Both the position numbers and the translations under genes were made by a program. The notes under the pieces are model-generated. The model was not told the DNA's origin, did not search any database, and worked only from the letters and a program-made list of their open reading frames with translations. Shown in pieces: positions 1-11,360 of a stretch of DNA of 64,000 nucleotides. Numbering within the stretch: the stretch's first letter is position 1; every line of letters starts with the position of its first letter. This stretch comes from a virus (Duplodnaviria; Caudoviricetes): IMG/VR virus record IMGVR_UViG_3300033741_000108, positions 1 through 64,000 of that record. One strand, written 5' to 3'.

Positions 1-1
1 T

Positions 2-124
2 GATGGCAATTTCACATTAGATCTGGCGACTGCTACAAATTCTACGTTCGAAGTAAAATTCAAAGCTAAGCCTAAATTTTTAGGTACTAGACTAGCTAAG
101 ATTATTTGGGTTCCAGCTGTTTAA
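2..124 (+). CDS. 3' end of probable major tail (tube) protein, partial
   Basis: Open frame DGNFTLDLATATNSTFEVKFKAKPKFLGTRLAKIIWVPAV* followed by a terminator; position upstream of the tape measure module. Confidence 0.45.
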   Translation, partial: DGNFTLDLATATNSTFEVKFKAKPKFLGTRLAKIIWVPAV

Positions 125-133
125 TAAATAATT

Positions 134-157
134 AAGAACTCGAAAGGGTTCTTTTTT
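134..157 (+). terminator. Intrinsic terminator
   Basis: AAGAACTC-GAAA-GGGTTCTT followed by a T tract. Confidence 0.8.
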
Positions 158-175
158 ATTTACATAAAATAATTC

Positions 176-204
176 TTGACTTTTTTATAAGAGTATGGTA
201 TAAT
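176..204 (+). promoter_or_regulatory. SigA-type promoter
   Basis: TTGACT-17 nt-TATAAT with extended TG. Confidence 0.75.
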
Positions 205-220
205 GTAAATAAGGAGTGAT

Positions 221-1219
221 ATGGTTATGAGTAAATATATATCTTTAAGAGGATTAGATAGTAAAGAGAAATTGAGAATAACAGCAGAATTAGCATGGAA
301 AAAATTTCAGTTACATTTAACTTTGGTTGATGATGATAAACAAAAATATAAATATATTGATGATCAAATGTATTTTGTTGATATATACGGGTTCTTATAT
401 GATATATTGCCAATGCATATCATTAAAAGAAGTGAAAGTCACGATTTCCACAGATTTAGGAGAAACAAATTTGCTAAACGCAATAGAGAATTATTATTTA
501 TTTTGAATGGTTATAAAATACTTAATAATGAAAAATATATTAGCACACAACAAAAAGTAGATGTGGTTGATAATGATAATTATTTGAATAATGTTAGCAT
601 ATCTGATTTAAATAGGGGGGTTCCAGTAATTTTCTCGTCTAATAATAAATATATAATTAAAAATATAAATACATTTCTAGTAAAAAATGACTGTAAATCT
701 GAACTCGTAAGTAAAAAATATTGTGGAACTCATGTTGAACTAAAATTTAAATGCAATGAGTGTGGTAGTGTATATAAATCAACATTCGCAAATATAAAAA
801 GAAGACAATCAAATAATAGTGATTGTAGCTGTTTGGATTGTTCATATTTAAATAACACATCTTACAATATAACGTTAGCAAATAGAAATAAAGATGAATT
901 AGAAAAAATGAGTGGGAACATATATCTAATAAAGATGTTTGATAAAAGTATTAGTGAAGAATTTTATAAGATAGGGATAACAAAAAATTCATTAGACGAA
1001 AGATATAATTATAACAACATGTCAAATTATAAATATGAGGAAATATTGTTTTACAAAACAAGTATGTATAATGCAATAAAAATAGAAAAAATATTAAAAA
1101 ATGAGTTAAGTATAAAATCATATATTCCAAATAATAAGTTTGGTGGATATACAGAGTGTTTTATAGATATTGATGTTGATAACATTAAAAGGATTATTAA
1201 AAACAACGAAAACAATTAA
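221..1219 (+). CDS. Putative GIY-YIG-like (T5orf172/MUG113-type) endonuclease with zinc ribbon
   Basis: CNECG..CLDC zinc ribbon; IYLIK..FYKIGITK..R and GYTECF motifs. Confidence 0.6.
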   Translation: MVMSKYISLRGLDSKEKLRITAELAWKKFQLHLTLVDDDKQKYKYIDDQMYFVDIYGFLYDILPMHIIKRSESHDFHRFRRNKFAKRNRELLFILNGYKILNNEKYISTQQKVDVVDNDNYLNNVSISDLNRGVPVIFSSNNKYIIKNINTFLVKNDCKSELVSKKYCGTHVELKFKCNECGSVYKSTFANIKRRQSNNSDCSCLDCSYLNNTSYNITLANRNKDELEKMSGNIYLIKMFDKSISEEFYKIGITKNSLDERYNYNNMSNYKYEEILFYKTSMYNAIKIEKILKNELSIKSYIPNNKFGGYTECFIDIDVDNIKRIIKNNENN

Positions 1220-1222
1220 TTT

Positions 1223-1328
1223 TTGACAATGCAATGAATGTATGGTATAATTATAGTATATGAAGTAGTGATATACTATATATTTTTTTGTTTATTTACT
1301 TGACAAAATATATAAATTATGATAAACT
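1223..1328 (+). promoter_or_regulatory. Tandem SigA-type promoters flanking a palindrome and T tract
   Basis: TTGACA(1223)-17-TATAAT(1246); TTGACA(1300)-17-TAAACT(1323); perfect 10 bp inverted repeat 1252-1280. Confidence 0.65.
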
Positions 1329-1346
1329 AAACGATTGGAGGTAATT

Positions 1347-1688
1347 ATGAGAGATATTTATAATACACATAAGATAAAAGGATTACATAAAAATGTTGAA
1401 GTGTATTATCCAACTAATGAAGAAATTGAAGAAGTTATAAAAGAATTGATAGCAAAGAATTTATCATCAGATGAAGATGGAGCTTATTTAGATATAAGTG
1501 ATTATGACGCTGTTAATTATTTAATGCCAAAGTTTACTAATTTAAGAAAAGGTGAAGATGGAGCAGATATAGAATTAAAAGAGTTTGTAAAGACAACTGA
1601 CAGTCCAATAGAGCCTGTTATACAAGATTTAGTAGTAATACTACAGATATGTATAAAAGAAGCTACAGACTACCTAGAGGGGGAATAG
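1347..1688 (+). CDS. Hypothetical protein, possible tail assembly chaperone
   Basis: GGAGGT RBS before ATG 1347; acidic; lies between tail tube and tape measure genes. Confidence 0.5.
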   Translation: MRDIYNTHKIKGLHKNVEVYYPTNEEIEEVIKELIAKNLSSDEDGAYLDISDYDAVNYLMPKFTNLRKGEDGADIELKEFVKTTDSPIEPVIQDLVVILQICIKEATDYLEGE

Positions 1689-1689
1689 T

Positions 1690-2133
1690 ATGGTACATAT
1701 GACGTTTACCACTCTAGTATTTGATATAAGAAATGAATTAAGAATAGCTGCTAACAGATCATCAGAGAAAGCAGAAAATTCATTAAGAAATAGTATAGAT
1801 GAACATGTATATGCTAGAGCATCAAGTGGAGAATTTAGAACTGGTTCATTAAAAAATTCTGTAGACTCTACAGTAGAAAATGATGGTGATGAGATAGTTG
1901 TTAGTGTTTTTAATAATACAGAAAAAATGACACAAGATTATCCAAGTGTTGATGCTAGATTTCCACAGGACAATAAAGATAATATAGTTTTATGGTTGAA
2001 TGATGGACATCGTGGAATTTGGGATTATAATGCTACTAATTTTATAGAGCATGCAAGAGATGCTATTAACATAAGTTTTGAAACTTGGTTAAAGCAGGCA
2101 CTAATGCAACGAGGTATTAAATTAATTAGTTAG
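1690..2133 (+). CDS. HK97 gp10-like virion morphogenesis protein
   Basis: VY..RTGSLKNS motif and LNDGH..TNFIEHA C-terminal motif. Confidence 0.5.
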   Translation: MVHMTFTTLVFDIRNELRIAANRSSEKAENSLRNSIDEHVYARASSGEFRTGSLKNSVDSTVENDGDEIVVSVFNNTEKMTQDYPSVDARFPQDNKDNIVLWLNDGHRGIWDYNATNFIEHARDAINISFETWLKQALMQRGIKLIS

Positions 2134-2146
2134 AGAGGAGGTACAA

Positions 2147-5100
2147 ATGGATAGATTTAAAATACGAGTAGCGATTGATATAAGTGAAGCACAGGGAATG
2201 ATTGAGCTTAATAGAGTAATCGCTATAATGCAAGCAAAATTAAATGGTATAAAAGTAGATGTAGATACTACCAAGGCAAGAGCTGAGATGAATAAGCTTA
2301 ATAAATCTACTGATAAGCATGCCAAAAGTACTGAAAAAGCTACGCAAAAAACAAAAGAATATAAAAAAGGTACTGATAAGGCTGCCAAAGGCAATAAAAA
2401 GTTTGGTCAAAGTCTTGGTGATAAGGTTTTTAAGTTTGCGACGTGGACAATAATAGCTACTGCAATATATGGAACGGTTAATGCTATTAGAGAGGCTGTA
2501 ACAACTGTTATGGACTTGGAAACATCAATGACAAAGTTTGAAATAGTTGCAGATGCGACTGAGGAACAATTGAGTAACGTTGATTCGCAAGTTAATGGAT
2601 TAGTAAGCACACTTGGTGCTTTGAAGACAGAAGTTACAGAAACAGCAACAGAGTTTGCTAGAGCTGGTTTTAACATACAAGACTCAATGATATTGGCTGA
2701 GCAAGCAATAATAGGTGCTAGAACAGGTTTTACAGATTTATCACATGTATCACAAACATTAGTTGTTACATTAAGAGCATTTAACTTAGAAACAGCTCAA
2801 AGTAAAAATATAGTTAATGATTTATTTGTAGCAAGTAAAACAGCAGCAGTTACATTTGAAGATTTAGGTGAAGGTTTAAAACGTTCAGCTAACTCAATGT
2901 CTATCGCTGGTGCAAGCTTTGAAGAAACAATAGCTATAATATCAGCTGGAAATGAAACCGTATATCTTGTGCGATTTATGATGGTGACATCATATCTAAA
3001 CTTATCTAATTGCTGGGACATCTTATTTAATAAGAAAATCAGCAGCGAAGCTCTATTTATATAGAGAACGTTCAACGACTATCCCTGTAATGGGAGTACA
3101 CTATAAGCATATGATAGTGGAAATGGTGAGATACTCATTATTGAGTATTTGATATAGTCTGACCTATGTGGTGACACATAGAAGTTCATAAGAGAACTGA
3201 CTAAATAGTTGCGTATTTAGTCGAACACAAGTACGAAATGACAAGATGCAGCGAAAGTAGGTTCGGCAATGAAGACAATCTCAAGTCGTCTTCGTGGAAT
3301 CGACAAAGCGTCCAATTTACCAAAATTATCAAAACAAATGAAAGATTTTGGAGTATCAATAGAAAATGGTGCTGGCGGATTTAGAAATATATATGATATA
3401 ATGCAAGATTTATCAACAGCATTTAAGAGTTCAAGTGACGAATTTGCAAAACAAGCAATACTTGAATCATTGGCGGGTAAACAAACATGCTCCCAATTAA
3501 AAAACATCTCTCTAATTCAGGGGAACTCTTATAATTATAAGACAATCCTGAGCCAAGCTGTTTAGTTACAGAAGGTGCAACGACTAATTGTACACTCAAG
3601 TGAGTGGAAACGGGAGACATGTAAAGTGAAGATATAGTCTGGTCTATATAGTGATATATAGCAGTCATTTATTTGGCGGGGTGTGCTTAACGAACGCATT
3701 CGAACACAAACGAAAAGAAGAGCAAATATTTTATCTGGTCTTATTAACAACTGGGAAAAAGCAGAGGAAGTTAGAAATAAAGCATTAAATAGTTCAGAAG
3801 AAGCAGAAAAATCACAGCAAAAATTATTAGAAACATCTAACGGTCAAATAGAATTAATGGCTGGTAATTGGCAAATATTTGTCGATAATATTGTTGATAG
3901 TGATGCTGTATTGAACGCTTTAACATTTATAAATAAAGCATTAAAAGATATAAACGATGAAATGGAAATAAATAAAAAGATATCAGATGATGAGGCTTTT
4001 GGATTATCTGGGATTACAGAGCAAGCGAAAATTAACGCAGTCGGTGCTGGAGGCATGGACTTAATGAGGATAATGTTTGGTAAAACTAAAGAAGAATTAA
4101 AGACTGAATATAATGATTTAATGGAGGGTATGAGCGACTCGACTGTAAGCGAATTATCAAGTCTTAAATCTGATTTAATGCCATTACAGGAAAGATATAA
4201 TAGTTTAACAACAAGCATAAAACAAAACAAAGAGATGTTACATGAGCAGAGATTTGCATCTGAGGGCAATAAAGAAGAAGTTGCTGCAACAACAAAAGCA
4301 ATAGCAAATCAAAAAGAAGAATTAAGAAATATCCTAGTTGAACTCTCACAATATGGTATAATAGGTTCTGATGTAGCAACTGTTATAGCAGAGATTGAAT
4401 CTAACGCATCTAATTTAACAGATGGTATGGATAAACAGGGTACAGCTATGAAAGACAACCGTACTATAGCAGAGAAATACTATGATGACCTCAAAGACCT
4501 TAATTCCGATGCTACTAAAGAAATGATTGGTAATTGGGATAATTTATCAGAGGCTCAACAGCAGAATCTAATCAACGTTGCTACAGTTGCTGTTAGAGAA
4601 AAGAAAAAAGAAATAACAGAAAGATTAAATAATATAAATACTATAAAAGCTGAGTTAACTGCTTTATTACAATATCAAAAAGTAATGGATGATGAAATTA
4701 GTAAGAAACTATTACCCGGTTTTGGCATGGGTGGTGAGGAAGACGCAGTTGAAAGTTTAAAGTCAGCTGGAAGACAAAAAATATTAAATGCACAAATGGC
4801 AATAGATTTGGCTATCCAAAGTTTAAATAAATCAGAAAGTACATTAGATGATTTATTAACCAGAGGTGACGGAGACGGCACTGGTGGTGGATCAACATCT
4901 TCCCCATTATCTCAACTAGCAATGGATATAAAAGAAATTCAACACGAAATATCATTACTAGATGATGAATTGGGGCGTACAGATTCCTACTCAAAACAAA
5001 TAGAAATAACTAAAAAATTAATAGGTTGGAAAGAAAAAGAAAAAGTAAAACTAATAAAATTAAGAGATGAACAAGAGCAAGAATATAAATCTCTTGAAGA

Positions 5101-6409
5101 AGGTAAAAAGCCTAGACAAGATGCCATAGCAGATTATTATGATACGGTTGAGGCATTAGGAAAACTTGAAAATGATATATATGGATATGAAGAAAGTATA
5201 ATCTCTTTAGGTGAAACTCAAACAGAAGCATTAGAAAAATCAACAAGTGAAACAGTATCAAAATTACGTGATGATTATTCTAAAATGTTTGAAGACTTAA
5301 AAGAAGGCTATCAAGATGATGCTGATGACTTTGAGAAAAAACAGGAAGAAAAAATTCGTGCAGTTGAAAAATCAATTGATAAACTAAAAGATAAATATGA
5401 TTCAGAAGATTTTGTTGACGAAGAAGAAAAAATACAGGATAAAATATTAGCATTAGAAGAAGAAAGACAAAAGTTATCTATTGACAATTCTCTAGCAGCT
5501 AAAAAGAGAAAATATGATATAGGTAATGAACTTGAAGTAGAACAAGAAAATTTAGCTAATTTAAAACAAGACAGAGAAAGAACATTAACAATTGATGGGC
5601 TAGAAGATAAAAAGGAAGCATATGAAGAAGAAACGAGAATATATGAAGAAGAATTAGACGAGAAATTGAAAGACTTAGAAAACTTTGAAGATTCTATAAT
5701 GGATAATCTTGATAGTTTTAAAGATGATTGGTCTAACTTTGGTACTGGTATAGGTACTGCATTTGAAGATGGCTTATTACCATCACTAGAAACCATAAAC
5801 GCAGAATTAGCCAAGACAATAGCAAGTTATAATGAGGTTACAGGTGCTGATGTAAAGTTACCAAGTACTGACAGAAGTGCATCTGGAGGTTCATCTGACT
5901 CTGTAAATAGAGGAACAGAAACTAGATATGTTGATTCTAGTGGTAATGTTCAAACTGGATATATCAAAGATGGTAAAACTACTACATCAGATGGGGGCGA
6001 CATTCCCATTGGTTCAGTTGTAGAAACTGAAGGTGGTAATTATCTTAAAACAAAAACTGGCTCTAAACTTGCTAATAATATAGACATTGACGATTATGTA
6101 AAACATGACGGTGGTGTTGTTGGTGGTCAATCATTTGCTGGTAACGGATTTATGGATTATATGAGTAATTTAGCTGGAAATGAAATGCCAATAATAGCAG
6201 AGCAAGGCGAAGTAGTATTAAAAGAATCACAAATTGGTGCTTTAGCAGGCGGTCAAGGCAACACAGCAAAATTCGACTCTCTGATAAGCATTAATAACCC
6301 ACAAATTGGTGGTAATTATAATGACATATCAGATTTTAGTAAAAAATTAGCAACTGAAACCAATCAACAATTAGCTAAGTTAGGAATTGTTAATATTGGT
6401 AGAAATTAA
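2147..6409 (+). CDS. Tail tape measure protein in three exons (2147-2961, 3241-3478, 3713-6409; 1249 aa spliced)
   Basis: TP901-type core motifs (EFARAGF, AGASFEETIAIISAG, KVGSAMKTISSRL, LAGKRRANILSGLINNW), long coiled coil, C-terminal KHDGG..GEVVL; removing two group I introns gives 3750 nt in one frame. Confidence 0.9.
2962..3240 (+). ncRNA. Group I intron (ORF-less, 279 nt) in tape measure gene
   Basis: Exon ends in U (2961), intron ends in G (3240); P1 AAACCGU/GCGAUUU with U.G; P10 AUCUUGU complementary to exon 2 ACAAGAU; core AAUUGCUGGGA, AAUCAGCAG, CAACGACUA, GAUAUAGUCUG. Confidence 0.9.
3479..3712 (+). ncRNA. Group I intron (ORF-less, 234 nt) in tape measure gene
   Basis: Exon ends GGU (3478), intron ends G (3712); P1 UUGGCGGGU/GCUCCCAA; core AAUUCAGGGGA, AAUCCUGAG, GCAACGACUA, GAUAUAGUCUG; splicing restores LAG-KRRANIL. 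Confidence 0.88.
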
Positions 6410-6420
6410 AGGAGGTATAT

Positions 6421-9090
6421 ATGCTTAAAGATAAGCCAATTCCAATAGTCAAGACTTATGAAAGTAATACTTTGGCTACTTTACATTTTGCATATAATAT
6501 AAATGAAAATAGGGAATTTGGTGAGATGAAGAGTCTCACCATGAAAGTTCCTTATTATCAATACAATTCTTATAATGAGATAGTTAGAGATCAACATGGT
6601 AAGGCTATATTAAATTATAATATATTTGCAATAAAGAATGAAATGATAATTGATTTTAATGATAATTTATATCTAATAAAAAAAGTCAGTCCATTGAGGA
6701 CTGGAAGTGGTAAGAAATATATAGAGATTTCATGTGAAGATAAAGCTATTGAATTATCTTACAAGAATATATCTTATTTGGTTATGAACGCACCTGTTTT
6801 TAATCCTGTGATGGCAAGTACTGCGATTATAAATTTATTAAGTGCAAAATTTGAATTAGATAATGGTAATCCACAAGCTGTAGCAAATAATACTATAACA
6901 TTAAGAAGTGGAACTACAATAACAGGTATTGTGGGTAAGAAAATTTGTATAACAGATGGTACTGGACAAGGACAAGATAGAAGAATAACTGGATATGATA
7001 GTGTTACAAAAATAGTTACTGTAGATGCAAACTGGATTACAAATCCAGATACAAGCTCATCATACAGAATACATTATTCAAAGTGGACATTAGGAAATGT
7101 TGAGAGTCAATTTTTAAATGATGGTGTTAATGATATATATAGAGGTTATGAATTTAAAGATATCACAATGTCTAAAGCATTAAAAGAAGTGGCTTCAAAA
7201 ATGGATGGTTTTATAACATATAATTATGTATATAGTGATACATACGGTGAATATATAAATTATATAAACCTAGTGTCACCAAACACATATAATAATGTTG
7301 AAATAAGATACAAGAAAAATTTACTAAGTGTTAAAAAAACTACAGAAACAATAGAAAATATATATACAAGATTATTTCCATATGGAGTAGATAATTTAAG
7401 TATAAATAACATAGCAACAGAGACAAGAATTGACAATGGAACTACTTATAATACTCATACAGATGGACAATCTTATATAGAGAATTATCAATATTATTTA
7501 GGTTTAGGATATGATATAGATTTTTGTAGAGAGAATTTTGTTAATGATTATGAGTTTAATAATACTAGCTATACAAATGATGATGATTTATATACTGATG
7601 CAAAGAGAATATTAGATAAATCAAGTCAACCTAAAATAACATATGAAGTTAATGCAATAGATTTATCCGTATTAACTGGATTTGATTATGAAGAGTTTGA
7701 TATTGGTGACACAATAAGAGTAGTTGATAATGAATTAAATATAAATGTTGACGCTGTTATAAAAAGTAAAAATATCAATTGGGATTCACCACAAAAATCT
7801 AGTTTTGAATTGACAAACTTTGTTGAAAACTTAGGAGATTATATATATAGAATTATAAACGGTAGTAACCAATATACAGATACAAATAAGGTATTTGGTA
7901 AAAATACAACTTATATAATATCAGATAAGATAACTTCTAAGAATTGGAAATATGCAGATTATTTTGTAGATATTGAAAATGGTATATATTTAGAAGATAT
8001 AATGAACCCAATAATAAACGATATGCAAAATAAGGGTACGAGTGGGAAGATTATAATATTAGAAGGTGAATACCAAATACGTAATTGGATTAACTTTCAA
8101 ACTATTGATAATACTACTATAGAGGGTCAAGGTGCTGATACTAAAATAATAGCATCTACTGCCGTAGATAGTTTATCGTTAAGTATGATAGAATTTAATG
8201 GGGGTAATAATTCTAGAATACAGTCATTAACATTCGACGGAACTAATATGACAAATGGCTGTAGGGCAATAAGAATGATTGGTAGTGATAATTCAACTAT
8301 TAGGGATGTAAGTATATCGAATTGTTACGACCATGGAATATATGCTGGTAGTTGTAATAATTTAACAATGTCAGAAATTGTAATAAACAATATAGCTATT
8401 GGTGGTAGTGGAGAATCAATTGGTATTGAAGCATCATCTACATCAGAATCACTTTTCAATAATATAAGTATCAGTAATACACTATCACATGCCATAGAAG
8501 ATAATTATACTTCTGTCGATAATAAGTATATAAACTGTACAATAACAAATAATAATAATGGGCTTAGATTTGATGGCGTTGGAACTGTTTTAAATAATTC
8601 AACAATATCCGAGAACAGCATAGGGCTATGGGCTGAGGGTAGTTTGTTAAGTGTATCTAATAATACATTTGCTGGAAATACATCATCATTAGGTGCTATA
8701 TATGCAAGCGGTGGTACTGACGTTAGATATTCAAATAATTATTTATCAGAAAATAATGTAGGTATTCAAATAGGACTCACAGAATCTTGCGTCTTAGAAT
8801 CTAATTACTTTATAAATAATTTAGATAGAGCAGTTACAATGTTATCTACTAATAAAATTAAAGTACAGAATAATACATTTAAAAATAATAACGATTTGGG
8901 TGCAGAACAAGTGTTGGTATATGGTGACAACAATACATTTGATGGCAATACTGTCAGAGGTAATACTGATTATTCAATTGATGTAAATGGAAGCACAAAC
9001 TTAATAATAAATAATGATTTTACAGATGGATATACTATAGCAGCGATAGACTCTGGAACAGGAGATATATTAGGTCAGAATAGAACTTAA
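6421..9090 (+). CDS. Tal-like baseplate hub/tail spike with C-terminal right-handed beta-helix
   Basis: Prophage-tail motifs (IRYKKNLLSV, YTRLFPYG, PKITYEVNAIDLS, IGDTIRVVD); Asn-rich parallel beta-helix repeats from KIIILEGEY..IEGQG onward. Confidence 0.8.
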   Translation: MLKDKPIPIVKTYESNTLATLHFAYNINENREFGEMKSLTMKVPYYQYNSYNEIVRDQHGKAILNYNIFAIKNEMIIDFNDNLYLIKKVSPLRTGSGKKYIEISCEDKAIELSYKNISYLVMNAPVFNPVMASTAIINLLSAKFELDNGNPQAVANNTITLRSGTTITGIVGKKICITDGTGQGQDRRITGYDSVTKIVTVDANWITNPDTSSSYRIHYSKWTLGNVESQFLNDGVNDIYRGYEFKDITMSKALKEVASKMDGFITYNYVYSDTYGEYINYINLVSPNTYNNVEIRYKKNLLSVKKTTETIENIYTRLFPYGVDNLSINNIATETRIDNGTTYNTHTDGQSYIENYQYYLGLGYDIDFCRENFVNDYEFNNTSYTNDDDLYTDAKRILDKSSQPKITYEVNAIDLSVLTGFDYEEFDIGDTIRVVDNELNINVDAVIKSKNINWDSPQKSSFELTNFVENLGDYIYRIINGSNQYTDTNKVFGKNTTYIISDKITSKNWKYADYFVDIENGIYLEDIMNPIINDMQNKGTSGKIIILEGEYQIRNWINFQTIDNTTIEGQGADTKIIASTAVDSLSLSMIEFNGGNNSRIQSLTFDGTNMTNGCRAIRMIGSDNSTIRDVSISNCYDHGIYAGSCNNLTMSEIVINNIAIGGSGESIGIEASSTSESLFNNISISNTLSHAIEDNYTSVDNKYINCTITNNNNGLRFDGVGTVLNNSTISENSIGLWAEGSLLSVSNNTFAGNTSSLGAIYASGGTDVRYSNNYLSENNVGIQIGLTESCVLESNYFINNLDRAVTMLSTNKIKVQNNTFKNNNDLGAEQVLVYGDNNTFDGNTVRGNTDYSIDVNGSTNLIINNDFTDGYTIAAIDSGTGDILGQNRT

Positions 9091-9104
9091 ATAGGAGGTG
9101 AAAT

Positions 9105-9944
9105 ATGAGTGATTATTTTACATTTAATGGTATAGATAGTACAGATTTTGGATTACAGTTAGTTAATAATAATCAGCTAAAAAAGAGTATATCACCATCC
9201 AAACAAACTAATACTGAGAAAGTTACAGGTAAAGATGGACTAATGATATTTGATCAAACATATGATACTAGAAATATACCCCTTAAATGTTATTTAACAG
9301 ATACAAGTTTATCAAACGTCAGAAAGATGATGACATGGCTTGGTGAGAGGTATTCACAAGAATTAATATTATCATATCAACCATATAAAATGTATATGGC
9401 ATTATTCCAAAATGAATTATCAATGGAAGAATATATGAATGGAGGTATTTTTACACTTAATTTTGTGTCATACGTTCCATTTGCAAAATCTGCTTATTCA
9501 ACTATGGATATAGAAAATGGTTTATATTATGATACATCATTCTTATACGATAGTGGTTTGTATTATGCAGAGGCTTGGGCTTTTCAATATGAATGGTTAA
9601 GTATAACAGTTGATACAGATATGTTAATATATAACGCTAGCAATATTGACGGATGCACACCAAATATAATAATTAATGGTAGTGCAACGACATTAGAAAT
9701 AACTCACTATTATGATGTAGCTAGAACACAAATTAAAGACTTTATTAAATATGGTGGATTTGCTGGTGAATTAATAATAGATGGTGGAGTAAGAAATACA
9801 TTTTTAGACGGTACAGTTGACAATGAGACATTTCAAGGTGAATACTTTGAATTAGAAAAGGAATCAGATAATTATTTTACATTGTCTGGTACTGGTTTAA
9901 ATATAACCAGTCTACAATGGGATTTCAATTATATTTATCTATAA
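9105..9944 (+). CDS. Distal tail protein (Dit)-like
   Basis: YFTFNGIDSTDFGL N-terminus, VTGKDG, F.SYVPFAKS, FQGEYFEL, terminal YL typical of Sipho_tail proteins. Confidence 0.8.
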   Translation: MSDYFTFNGIDSTDFGLQLVNNNQLKKSISPSKQTNTEKVTGKDGLMIFDQTYDTRNIPLKCYLTDTSLSNVRKMMTWLGERYSQELILSYQPYKMYMALFQNELSMEEYMNGGIFTLNFVSYVPFAKSAYSTMDIENGLYYDTSFLYDSGLYYAEAWAFQYEWLSITVDTDMLIYNASNIDGCTPNIIINGSATTLEITHYYDVARTQIKDFIKYGGFAGELIIDGGVRNTFLDGTVDNETFQGEYFELEKESDNYFTLSGTGLNITSLQWDFNYIYL

Positions 9945-9965
9945 GAATAAGAGAGGTGATAGATA

Positions 9966-11360
9966 ATGGCTAAAGTGAATATAGATGGATTAATAGAATC
10001 CACTCCTTTAAATGATAATTTTGATGATTCTGATGTAGAATTATCATCATTAAAAGGTAGAGTTTCAACATTAGAAACAGACAAAGCTAATAAAACAGAT
10101 GTAGTTATACCGAGTTATTTATTGGCGAGTAATATAGTAAATGACACAAGCGGAGTATCTGGGTATGCAGTGAGTAATGCTTTATTAGGACTACAGCAAC
10201 AGATAACACCATTAAAGAATTCAGATGGTATATTAAATGGTAGTACTATTCTGGGTGCAACTATAAGTGATGCATTAGAGATTGCTGATGCGAGAATTGA
10301 CACACATATTGTAAGAATAGATAATCCACACACAGTTACAGCTTCACAAGTAGGAGCTTATACTAAAACTGAAGTACAAACAAGTGGAAGTGCTACACTA
10401 CATTGGGACAACTTAACAAATATACCTAATTTAGCTGATGCAAGTTGGAAATCATCAGTTGCAAGTAGAGCTACGTTACCATTGACAGGGAATTCATTGA
10501 GCGACCAAAGAGTAGTTTTAGATGACGGTGATGGAAAACAAGCTGTTTATATTTGTATGGCTATTACTGGTGATGTAGATGCTCAATGGGATAAGATTGC
10601 TGATGTAGACTGGATAACTGAGGAGCCTACAAGAGTTGCACAAGAGGCTGCAAGAGTTATAGCTGAAGATGGTAGAGTTATAGCAGAAGGCTTACGAGTA
10701 ATAGCAGATACAACAAGAACAGGAAATGAAGATGCAAGGATTAGTGCAGAAAGTGCAAGAGTATCCGTTGAGGATGCTAGGGTAATTGCTGAATCTTCAA
10801 GAGTAACAGTAGAAGGTAATAGAGTGATAGCGGAAGGCAATCGTGTAACATCAGAAAATGTTAGATTAGCTTCCGAAATTATCAGAGATCAATTTATATT
10901 TGCTGGTAACTATAATTCAGGTGTACAATATCTTCAAAATAATACTATATTATATGAAGGCACATCTTATGTTGCATTACAAGATACTTTAGGAAATGTA
11001 CCAACTAATGCTACATACTGGCAAGTTGTAGCAATAGGTGGGGAAGCAATAGGCGATATGTCAAAAATAGTTTATGATCCTACTAATGTAGATGGTGATG
11101 TATTCGACATGGATAACATGATCGAAGGAACAATAAATAGAATATTAACACAACAAGAAAGAGATAATATTGCCGCTTCTAAGACTAAAGCAGATTTTAT
11201 AACTGTTACACAAGCAGTAGATTTAGATGATATGGAAACGAAGGTAAACGCATTAGATTCTGCAATTGATATAATAGATGAAACAAACACTATTAATTAC
11301 TCTACGCAAATGAAAGTTATAAATGGAAAACCAGTTTTAGAATATGAGGAGGTATTATAA
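9966..11360 (+). CDS. Tail fibre / upper baseplate protein
   Basis: DNPHTVTASQVGAYTK fibre motif, 7-residue AExxRVx coiled-coil repeats, CBM5/12-like YxxNxTIxYEGTSY..PTNATYW module. Confidence 0.7.
   Translation: MAKVNIDGLIESTPLNDNFDDSDVELSSLKGRVSTLETDKANKTDVVIPSYLLASNIVNDTSGVSGYAVSNALLGLQQQITPLKNSDGILNGSTILGATISDALEIADARIDTHIVRIDNPHTVTASQVGAYTKTEVQTSGSATLHWDNLTNIPNLADASWKSSVASRATLPLTGNSLSDQRVVLDDGDGKQAVYICMAITGDVDAQWDKIADVDWITEEPTRVAQEAARVIAEDGRVIAEGLRVIADTTRTGNEDARISAESARVSVEDARVIAESSRVTVEGNRVIAEGNRVTSENVRLASEIIRDQFIFAGNYNSGVQYLQNNTILYEGTSYVALQDTLGNVPTNATYWQVVAIGGEAIGDMSKIVYDPTNVDGDVFDMDNMIEGTINRILTQQERDNIAASKTKADFITVTQAVDLDDMETKVNALDSAIDIIDETNTINYSTQMKVINGKPVLEYEEVL

Noticed and set aside
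2147-3712. Tape measure pseudogene or programmed frameshifts
   Set aside because: Both gaps contain complete group I intron cores and precise excision restores the frame
10620-10890. CRISPR-like or tandem DNA repeat
   Set aside because: The 21 nt periodicity reflects the AExxRVx heptad protein repeat; there are no identical repeats with spacers
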